From: Macrostomum lignano
Lineage: Eukaryota
NCBI GenBank assembly: GCA_002269645.1
Contig: NIVC01000465.1
Coordinates: 69,404-133,403, forward strand
Direction of reading: 5' to 3'
Length of the DNA stretch: 64,000 bases
Positions 24,325 through 53,914 of this stretch are shown here, in pieces. The position numbers were made by a program, and so were the translations under genes. The notes beneath the pieces were generated by a model, which ran no database searches, was not told the DNA's origin, and saw only the letters and a program-made list of their open reading frames with translations. Positions within the stretch are counted from its first letter, which is position 1. Every line of letters starts with the position of its first letter.

Positions 24325-24407
24325 CTGCAGAATATTCCAGTGACTTGCATATTGAGCAGAGACACAAATTTAATAATACACGAAATCAATAGTGCAACGT
24401 TACACAC

Positions 24408-24509
24408 CTCGATGTCCTTTATTATGCAAATATCCTTGTAACTGTCAATATTGCTTTTTCTTGTCAGGCTCAGTGACTTGCCAGATTTTCCAACCTTCAC
24501 GAAATCCAT
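24408..24509 (-). CDS. Candidate upstream exon for the second SNARE exon (MDFVKVGKSGKSLSLTRKSNIDSYKDICIIKDIE)
   Basis: ATG at 24509; donor gag|GTGTGT at 24407, phase 0, would join the exon at 24324 across an 83-bp intron. Speculative. Confidence 0.35.
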
Positions 24510-24954
24510 ATAGCTGATTTGTTTTATTTAAAACAAAACCTTTTAAATTCGGTTGCTTTACGAGCGTATTAATGAGAATCTTTTTCAGAGCGAGTTTTTA
24601 TGTAGTCGGAATGAGCTAATAAATTTAGAAGATGACAGCATAGATGAATTTCTTTTAGATAAAATTAGCGTTGACAGGCTGTAACTAAACTGATGTATGG
24701 TGATGCCTTCGAATAGTTAAATTTAATTTTTAAACAGATTGGTCGGGTGTTTATTCCTTTAGCTATTCTACCTAAATTGGAAAGTGACATCGACAAAGAT
24801 ATATAGTACACCTGTGCGTGCATCAGTTTCAACCTTCCTGACTGCGAGTAAACCGCTTATTTAAAAAATCTAATTATAGATCGAACATGCATCTAACTTT
24901 AAAAGTACGCTGTTTTTCAAAATCTCTCTGTGCGCAACCGTTTTTAACACTCAA

Positions 24955-25255
24955 TCGGTGCCACTCAGTCTGAATCAGCGCCATTCAGTCCGAATCGGCG
25001 CCACTCAATCCGAATCGGCGCCACTCAATCCGAATCGGCGCCACTCAATCCGAATCGGCGCCACTCAATCCGAATCGGCGCCACTCAATCCGAATCGGCG
25101 CCACTCAATCCGAATCGGCGCCACTCAATCCGAATCGGCGCCACTCAGTCCGAATCGGCGTCACTCAGTCCGAATCGGCGCCACTCAATCCGAATCGGCG
25201 CCGAATCAGCGCCACTCAATCCGAATTGGCACCACTCAGTCTGAATCGGCGCCAC
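24955..25255. repeat. 20-bp minisatellite (ccgaatcggcgccactcaat)
   Basis: Direct reading. Confidence 0.95.
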
Positions 25256-25564
25256 TAGCTATTATCAATGAAGATTGATTTCAGACTAACGATAGCCAAT
25301 GAGAATGCGGAGAGGAACAGAGGGTTGAAGCTGTGAACTGCTGTGAGGGGCCGAGCAATTAAACTGGAGGGATAGAACGACAGCGTAGTGAGGTTGGCGG
25401 CGCTATAGGGTGGTGTGACTGGCGTCAGCCAATGAGAATCGAGGCAAGGACAGAAAGCTGAATTGAACTCAGTAATAAAAAAGACGGAGAGAGGTTGGCA
25501 GTATTTTAGTCTGCCAGCCACTGAACATAAGACTAGAATGTTAAAAGCAATAAAGTGCCGATAA

Positions 25565-25918
25565 GGGGGCCGTAGCCCAATGGTCTAGGCGCGGCGCTCT
25601 GATGTGCCAGCGGCCCAAGCTCGATTCCAAGTGCATTCACATTAATTTGGGGCTAATTGGAATCTCGGCTTGGCTCGATCTGCTCGTAACGTCCTTGGGG
25701 TCCAACCCCGAAGGAACTGTGAAGTGTAAATGTCTAACGATAAATAAAGTTAGGGCCGCTGTACACTCCTGTGTGAGTGTGTGCCTGCGTACGTATCCGC
25801 GCGCTTGTATGCCTGCTCAGGGGAGTCGGCGGAATGGGCAGTTCTCGCCGGTTGTGTGCCTATGTCTCTTAAAGTGCGCCAGGGTGCACACAACCCCTGT
25901 CTGATAAAAAATAAAAAA
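25565..25918 (+). mobile_element. tRNA-derived SINE
   Basis: Head ggggccgtagcccaatggtctaggcgc (A-box) ... gctcgattcc (B-box-like); non-tRNA body; A-rich tail near 25905-25918. Confidence 0.7.
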
Positions 25919-27056
25919 GACTGAATCAGTAACCCAGCCTGACTGTCAGGCGACATTTTTATGGGCGTGACATTGAATTTATAGCCAATTTTGCATCACA
26001 AAAGTGCATTGAGAAATTTGATTTTTTAGTATATTGTATAATAAATTAATTTCGACCTTCTAATAATGGAAATAAAATAATTTCGAAGAAAGTTTGACTA
26101 CAAGAATAGCTCGCTTTCTTGCTAATGCAATAAAAACAATAAATAATCACTTAGATCAGAGGAAAATTACGGAATCTTTGTAAGCGTGTGCAACGAACAA
26201 AAATATTTTCCAGAACAAAATATCAACTGTTATCTATATAACAATTAAACAACAATGTACAAGCTTGCTAGAATTACAACTTTAAATAAATTATGCATAA
26301 AAAATGGCGGAATGAAAGTACACAAACTGCTTAGGGAGTTAGGAGATATACTATGCTTTTCTAGTAAAATATAGCGAAGATGGTGTACAACAATCTTCAG
26401 CAACTACAACAAGAACTAGAATTTGTAAATTGCAATCAAAACGGTTATTAATGCAAAATTCACGATGTAATTATGAGTGAAATATTTCAATGCTAATAAG
26501 CGCGAAATAGTTACAATTTAGGACGAATTAATTTTTAGAAATTAATATTAACGTATTTATTGGATGAATCTGGAAAAAAAGTGTGAACTGATATTACTGA
26601 GATTAAACGTTCACAGATTTCTAAAAATCCGGAACGATTTTACCACAACGCCATTAACAAAAATTTAACGATTAACACGAGAAAGAAGCGGATGAAGGAC
26701 CATACGTTTAAATAGAAAAAAATCAAAAAAATAAAACTATTGATTGGGTGACACCAAACAGTTTAACGACAAGGGTTACCAATTAACTAAAACTAAAAAT
26801 ATATGCTGCTATATGCTTCGTTGTTATTCTGTTATTAGCTAACATTACTAGTGACGCCCGTGCATGCCTAAAATTGGTCGCATTAAATATTTTTTATAAA
26901 AATATTGAAACCATACAACAGATAAACACAATTGTTATAAAAATGTTGTTATTATATCCGGGGCAAGACAGACTTAATTAAGCACGAATAACAATATCCT
27001 ACAATATTGATACACAATGTGTAGTGTAGCACTGATCGTGCTTCTAAATTCTAAAG

Positions 27057-46430
<19,374 letters not shown>

Positions 46431-46649
46431 CTGGATTTGAAATAGTTGAGCATTTGGTTTGAATTTCAAACATAGCCATGACTTTAGGTAAGTAGGCTAG
46501 CACAATATTTTAAGTACGTAACTAGCAATCTTTGCCCCCCGATGGGGGACATCTGGATAGAAGCCTTGTTCTTTACAAATAACAAATAGACAGCGAAATA
46601 AAGCCTTCAGAAAAAACAACAGACATTCCCTCTTAAAAACAAAACATCC

Positions 46650-47110
46650 CAAGACAGCAAGCATCCTCAGACAGCATTCAAGCATCGATCCCCAAATAGC
46701 AAGCATCCCCCAGACTGCAAGCATCCCCCAGATAGCAAGCATCCCCCAGATAGCAAGCATCCCGCAGATAGCAAGCATCCCCCAGATAGCAAGCATCCCC
46801 CAGATAGCAAGCATCCCCCAGATCGCAAGCATCCCCAGATAGCAAGCATTCCCCAGACCCCAGATAGCAAGCATCCCCCAGATAGCAAGCATCCCGCAGA
46901 TAGCAAGCATCCCCCAGATAGCAAGCATCCCCCAGATAGCAAGCATCCCCCAGATCGCAAGCATCCCCAGATAGCAAGCATTCCCCCAGACCCCAGATAG
47001 CAAGCATCCCTCAGATAGCAAGCATCCCCCCCCCAGATAGCAAGCATCCCCCAGATCGCAAGCATCCCCCAGACAGCAAGCAACCCCTGATAGCAAGCAT
47101 AACCTGAATA
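46650..47110. repeat. 18-bp minisatellite (agatagcaagcatccccc)
   Basis: Direct reading. Confidence 0.93.
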
Positions 47111-47289
47111 CAAAGAGACCTTATAGATATCTAGCAACCCCCTCTCAGATAGCAAGTACTCTCCACCCCAAGAGCAAGCACCCCCCTGATAGCAAGTATC
47201 CATCCTTAAATAGCAAGCATCCACCAGAGAACAAGTAGCTAGTGCAACAATTTCCTTAGCCTTATAATGGTTCCATTTCGTTTTGCATG

Positions 47290-50200
47290 ACACTTCTTTT
47301 ATGTTTGAAATGGTGTCTCTTTTTTGTTTAAAAAAGTGGCTCTTTAATGTTTGACATAGTAGCTCTTCTATGTTTGACATGGTAGCTCTTTTGTGTTTGA
47401 CATGATAGCTCTTTAATGTTTGACGTGGTGGCTCTTTTGTGTTTGACATGATAGCTCTTTAATGTTTAACATTGTGGCTCTTATATGTTTGGCATGGTAG
47501 CTCTTTAATGTTGACATGGTGGCTCTTCTATGTTTGACATGGTAGCTCTTTAATGTTTGACATGGTGGCTCTTCTATGTTTGCCATGGTAGCTCTTTAAT
47601 GTTTGACATGGTGGCTCTTCTATGTTTGCCATGGCGGCCCTTTTACGTTTGAAATGGTGTCTCTGTTATGTTTGACATGGTGGCTTAGTTGTTTGACATG
47701 GTGGCTCTTCTATTTTTGACATGGTGGCTCTTCTATGTTTGACATGGCGGCCCTTTTACATTTGAAATTGTGTCTTTTTATATTGGGCATAATGGCTCAA
47801 TAATATTTTGACATGGTAGCTCTTTTATGTTTGATATGGTGGCTCCCTTATGTGTGACATAGTGTCTTTTTTATGTTTAATGTTTGACATGGAGTCATAT
47901 GTGTTTGACTCGGTGGCTCTTTAATGTTTGACATGGAGTCACGTATATGTTTAACATGGTGGCTCTTTTATGTTCGACATGGTGGCTCTTGAATGTTTGA
48001 CATGGTGGCTCTTGAATGTTTGACATGGTGGCTCTTTAATGTTTGACATGGAGTCACGTATATGTTTGACATGGTGGCTCTTTTATGTTTGACTTTATGG
48101 CTCTTTAATGTTCGACATGGTGGTTCTTTTATGTTCGACATAATGGCTCTTTTATGTTTGACATGGTGGCTCTTTAATGTTTTACGTGGTGGCTCTTTAA
48201 TGATCTTCATGGCAGCTCTCTTATGTTTGACATGGAGTCACGAATAAACTTGACATGGTGACTCGTTAATGTTTGACATGGTGGCTCTATTATGTTAGAC
48301 ATGGTGGCTCTTCTATGTTTGACATGGTAGCACTTTAATGTTTGACATGGTGGCTCTATAATGTTTGACATGGAGTCACATATATGTTGGACATGGTGGC
48401 TCTTTAATGTTCGACATGGTGGCTCTTTAATGTTTGACATTATGGCTCTTTAATGTTTGACATGGTGGCTGTTTTATGTTTGACATTATGGCTCTTTAAT
48501 GTTTGACATGGTGGCTCTTTTATGTTCGACATGGTGGCTGTTTTATGTTTGACATTATGGCTCTTTAATGTTTGACATGGTGGCTCTTTTATGTTCGACA
48601 TGGTGGTTCTTTTATGTTCGACATGGTGGCTCTTTTATGCTTGACATGGTGGCTCTTTACTGTTTGACATGGAGTCACATATATGTTTGACATGGTGGCT
48701 GTTTTATGTTTGACATTGTGGCTCTTTAATGTTTGACATGGTGGTTCTTTAATGTTTGACATGATGGCTCTTTTATGTTTGACATGGTGGCTCTTTTATG
48801 TTTGACATGGTGGCTCTTTTATGTTTGACATGGTGGCTGTTTTATGTTTGACATGGCGGCCCTTTTACATTTGAAATTGTGTCTTTTTATATTGGGCATA
48901 ATGGTTCAATAATATTTTGACATGGTAGCTCTTTTATGTTTGATATGGTGGCTCCCTTATGTGTGACATGGTGTCTTTTTTATGTTTAATGTTTGACATG
49001 GAGTCATATGTGTTTGACTCGGTGGCTCTTTAATGTTTGACATGGAGTCACGTATATGTTTAACATGGTGGCTCTTTTATGTTCGACATGGTGGCTCTTG
49101 AATGTTTGACATGGTGGCTCTTGAATGTTTGACATGGTGGCTCTTTAATGTTTGACATGGAGTCACGTATATGTTTGACATGGTGGCTCTTTTATGTTTG
49201 ACTTTATGGCTCTTTAATGTTCGACATGGTGGTTCTTTTATGTTCGACATAATGGCTCTTTTATGTTTGACATGGTGGCTCTTTAATGTTTTACGTGGTG
49301 GCTCTTTAATGATCTTCATGGCAGCTCTCTTATGTTTGACATGGAGTCACGAATAAACTTGACATGGTGACTCGTTAATGTTTGACATGGTGGCTCTATT
49401 ATGTTAGACATGGTGGCTCTTCTATGTTTGACATGGTAGCACTTTAATGTTTGACATGGTGGCTCTATAATGTTTGACATGGAGTCACATATATGTTGGA
49501 CATGGTGGCTCTTTAATGTTCGACATGGTGGCTCTTTAATGTTTGACATTATGGCTCTTTAATGTTTGACATGGTGGCTGTTTTATGTTTGACATTATGG
49601 CTCTTTAATGTTTGACATGGTGGCTCTTTTATGTTCGACATGGTGGCTGTTTTATGTTTGACATTATGGCTCTTTAATGTTTGACATGGTGGCTCTTTTA
49701 TGTTCGACATGGTGGTTCTTTTATGTTCGACATGGTGGCTCTTTTATGCTTGACATGGTGGCTGTTTTATGTTTGACATGGAGTCACATATATGTTTGAC
49801 ATGGTGGCTGTTTTAATGTTTGACATGGTGGTTCTTTAATGTTTGACATGATGGCTCTTTTATGTTTGACATGGTGGCTCTTTTATGTTTGACATGGTGG
49901 CTCTTTTATGTTTGACATGGTGGCTGTTTTATGTTTGACATGGTGGCTCTTTAATGTTCGACATGGTGGCTCTTTAATGTTAGACATGGTGGCTGTTTAA
50001 TGTTTGACCTGGTGGCACCTTAATGTAATGATGGCTTTTTAATGTTTGAAATAGTGGCTCTTTAATGTTCGACATGGTGGCTCTATAATGTTCGACATGT
50101 TGGCTCTATAATGTTAGACATGGTGGCTCTTTAATGTTCGACATGGTGGCTCTATAATGTTAGACATGGTGGCTCTTTAATGTTAGACATGGTGGCTCTT

Positions 50201-50335
50201 TAATGTTCGACATGGTGGCTCTTTACTGTTAGACATGGTGGCTCTTTAATGTTAGACATGATCGCTCTTTAATGTTCGACATGGTGGCTCTTTAATGTTC
50301 GACATGGTGGCTCTTTAATGTTCGACATTGTGCAT
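47290..50335. repeat. 23-bp satellite A (acatggtggctctttaatgtttg) with an internal 1109-bp tandem duplication
   Basis: Identical ORF-track peptides at 47968/49077, 48062/49171 and 48207/49316 (offset 1109). Confidence 0.95.
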
Positions 50336-50389
50336 TTTTTGTGTTTCCCATTTTGTGTTTTTAAGGTTTTTGAATAAAAAAATCTTTTT

Positions 50390-50459
50390 GCACTACTAAG
50401 ATTCGAACCCAGGTCGCTGCATTAGCAGTCCAGTCTGTTCGCATCTATGCTATCTCTTG
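50390..50459 (-). ncRNA. tRNA-like segment (pseudo-tRNA / Pol III unit) inside Helitron 1
   Basis: T-arm ctggg-ttcgaat-cttag, anticodon-like arm ctgga-ctGCTaa-tgcag, acceptor stem unpaired; T7 run shortly downstream. Confidence 0.5.
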
Positions 50460-51069
50460 TCAATTGGAGAACTTGAATTGTGGCCCTTATAATTCAATTC
50501 TTATAGCAAATCGGTTAGAGTAAAAAGTTATGACATAATCAATTTCTCAGTCAGCCAGTATCAGTGTCAATTCAAGTTAGCAATATTGTTACGCAATTTA
50601 AATCAAGTTTTGTGTGCATTTCTTCGGCACTGTTTTCAACTGGTTGTGATGTAATCCTTATCACAATTGGAATTCAGTCAGTCAGTTATTCTCTAGTATT
50701 CTTACAATGCATTTCAGGTCGAAAGAGCTGCTTGACCTTTGCAAAAAAGCATGTTTTTCGAATATTTAATCCCTTTAACATTGAGCAATTTCTTAGCCAA
50801 GATGCATGTACCGTCCCAGGAAAATTTCTGATCGAATGGTGCAAGTTTGAAGAAAATCGGTTGAGCCAATTTTTCTGAAATCTATCGCATACCTACCCAC
50901 AGACAACTCATTTTTAGTATATAGGACTAGCAATCTTCGCCCCCCGATGGGGGGCATCTAGATAGAATCTCTGGCACTCTACAAGTATCAAAAAGACGGC
51001 CAAATAAAGCCTTCACATAGACAATAGAAAAACTGCTCAAATGAAGTGCAATGCAAAAAATATCCCAGG

Positions 51070-51965
51070 ACAGCAAGCAACCCCCCAGATAGCAAGCACC
51101 CCCAGATAGCAAGCATCCACCTAATAGCAAGCACCCTTAGATAGCAAGCATCCACAGATAGCAAGCACCCTTGGATAGCAAGGCAAGCATCTCCAGATAG
51201 CAACCACCCCCAGATAGCAGGCACCCCAGATAGCAAGCATCCACCTAATAGCAAGCACCCCAAGATAGCAAGCATCCACCTAATAGCAAGCACCCTTAGA
51301 TAGCAAGCACCCCCAGATAGCAAGCACCCCCAGATAGCAAGCATCTCCAGATAGCAAGCACCCCCAGATAGCAAGCATCCACCTAATAGCAAGCACCCCC
51401 AGATAGCAAGCATCCACCTAATAGCAAGCATCCACCTAATAGCAAGCACCCCCAGATAGCAAGCACCCCCAGATAGCAAGCATCTCTAGATAGCAAGCAC
51501 CCCCAGATAGCAGGCACCCCAGATAGCAAGCATCCACCTAATAGCAAGCACCCCCAGATAGCAAGCATCTCCAGATAGCAAGCACCCCCAGATAGCAGGC
51601 ACCCCAGATAGCAAGCATCCACCTAATAGCAAGCACCCCCAGATAGCAAGCACCCCCAGATAGCAAGAACCCCCAGATAGCAGGCACCCCAGATAGCAAG
51701 CATCCACCTAATAGCAAGCACCCCCAGATAGCAAGCACCCCCAGATAGCAAGCACCCCCAGATAGCAAGCACCCCCAGATAGCACGCATCTCCAGATAGC
51801 AAGCACTCCAAGATAGCAGGCACCCCAGATAGCAAGCATCCACCTAATAGCAAGCACCCCCAGATAGCTAGAACCCCCAAGATAGCAAGCATCCCCCAGA
51901 TAGCAAGCACCCCCAGATAGCACGCATCTCCAGATAGCAAGCACTCCAAGATAGTAGGCACCCCA
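51070..51965. repeat. 17/18-bp minisatellite (agatagcaagcaccccc)
   Basis: Direct reading; homologous to 46650-47110. Confidence 0.93.
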
Positions 51966-53520
51966 TTTATGTTTGACATGGTAGCTGTTTTGTGTCTGAC
52001 ATGGTGGCTCTTTAATGTTTGAGCTGGTGGCTCTTTTATGTTTGACATGGTGGCACTTTAATGTCTGAAATGGAGTCATGTATACGCTTGACATGGTGAC
52101 TCGTAGATGTTTGACAAAGTGGCTCTTTTATGTTCGACATGTGGCTCTTTAATGTTTGACATGGTGGCTCTTTAATGTTTGACATGGTGGCTCTTTAATG
52201 TTTGACATGGTGGGTCTTTAATTTATGACATGGTGGCTCTTTTATGTTTGACATGATGGCTCTTTAATGTTCGACATGGTGGCTGTTTAATGTTTGTTAT
52301 GTAGTCATATGTATATGTTTTACATGGTGGCTCTTTTATGTGTGACATGGAGTCACGTATATATTTGACATGGAGTCACATATGTTTGACATGGTGGCTC
52401 TTTAGTGTTCGATATGGTGGCTCTTTAATGTTTGACATGGTGGCTCTTTTATGTTTGACATAGTGGCTCTTTAATGTCTGACATGGTGGCTCTTTAATGT
52501 TTGACATGGTGGCTCTTTTATGTTTGACATGATGGCTCTTTAATGTTCGACATGGTGGGCTGTTTAATGTTTGTTATGTAGTCATATGTATATGTTTTAC
52601 ATGGTGGCCCTTTTATGTGTGACATGGAGGCACGTATATATTCGACATGGAGTCACATATGTTTGACATGGTGGCTCTTTAGTGTTCGATATGGTGGCTC
52701 TTTAATGTTTGACATGGTGGCTCTTTAATGTCTGACATGGTGGCTCTTTAATGTTTGACATGGTGGCTCTTTTATGTTCGACATGTTGGCTCTTTAGTGT
52801 TTGACATGGCTCTTTAATGTTTGACATGGTGGCTCTTTTATGCTTGACATGGTGGCTCTTTAATGTTCGACATGGTGGCTCTTTAATGTTTGACATGGTG
52901 GCTCTTTTATGCTTGACATGGTGGCTCTTTTATGTTCGACATGGTGGCTCTTTTTTGTTCTACATGGTAACTCTTTTATGTTTGATACGGTGGCTTTTTA
53001 ATATCTGACATTGTGGCTCTTCTATGTTTGACATTGTGGTTCTTTTATGTTTAACATGGTGGCTCTTTAATGTTTGACATGGTGGCTCTTTAATGTACGA
53101 CATAAAGGTTCGTTTATGTTCGACATGGTGGCTCTTTTAGGTTTGACATGGTAGCTCTTTTATGTTCGACATGGTGGCTCTTTTAGGTTTGACATGGTGG
53201 CTCTTTTAGGTTCGAAATGGTGGCTCTTTAATGTTCGACATGGTGGCTCTTTAATGTTTGACATGCTAGCTCTTTAATGTTCGACATAGTGGCTCTTTTA
53301 TGTTTGGCATGGTGGCTCTTTAATGTTCTTCATGGTGGCTCTTTTACGTTTGACATGGTGGCACTTTAATGTTCGACGTGGTGGCTCTTTAATGTTCGAA
53401 ATGGTGACTCTTTAATGTTTCACATGGTGGCTCTTTAATGTTTGACATAGAGTCACGTATTTGTTTTACATGGTGCCCATGTAATGTTTGACATGGTGCC
53501 TCTTTTATGTTTGACATTGT
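51966..53520. repeat. 23-bp satellite A, second array
   Basis: Direct reading. Confidence 0.95.
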
Positions 53521-53577
53521 GCTTTTTTATGTTTAGCAGTTTCGTGTTTTCAAGGTGTTTTATAAAAAAATTATTTT

Positions 53578-53646
53578 GCACTACTAAGATTCGAACCCAG
53601 GTCGCTACGTTGGCAGTCCAGTCTGTTCGGATCTAGGCTATCTCTT
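53578..53646 (-). ncRNA. tRNA-like segment inside Helitron 2
   Basis: Homologous to 50390-50459; loop reads ctGCCaa; B-box ggttcgaatc; downstream T7 run. Confidence 0.5.
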
Positions 53647-53914
53647 TTCAATTGGAGTACATGAATTGTGGCCCTTATAATTAAATTCTTACAGCAAGTC
53701 AATTGGGGTAAAAAGTTATGACATAATCAATTTCTCAGTCAGCCAGTATCAGTCTCAGTTCAAGTTAGCAATATTGGTTACGCAATTTTAATCAAGTCGT
53801 GTGTGCATTTCTTCGGCACTGTTTTCAACTTGTTGTGATGCAATCTTTATGACAATCAGAATTCAGCCAGTCAGTTTTTTTCTCTAGCATTCTTACAATG
53901 AATTTTAGGTCGAA

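Larger units (their letters stand above)
46522..50926 (-). mobile_element. Non-autonomous Helitron-like element 1, both ends present
   Basis: 5' end TCCTATATACTAAAAATGAGTTGTCTGT at 50926; 3' end ccccc-atc-gggggg hairpin + caaagattgCTAG|T at 46522. Internal 18-bp and 23-bp arrays and a tRNA-like segment; no Rep/Hel coding. Confidence 0.75.
50927..53914 (-). mobile_element. Non-autonomous Helitron-like element 2, 5' end interrupted
   Basis: 3' hairpin gcccccc-atc-ggggggc + gaagattgCTAG abuts the TC of element 1; same module order as element 1. Confidence 0.72.

Noticed and set aside
24210-24509. ORF-track 99-aa product read straight through
   Set aside because: Its 3' half is a different frame from the one carrying the SNARE motif, so the unspliced product is probably not real.
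25565-25640. Possible tRNA gene
   Set aside because: Acceptor stem and anticodon arm do not close, and it continues into a SINE body with an A-rich tail.
46497-52094. Gly/Cys/Leu-rich ORFs (GDACYL, GMLAIW)
   Set aside because: Translations of the 17/18-bp minisatellites.
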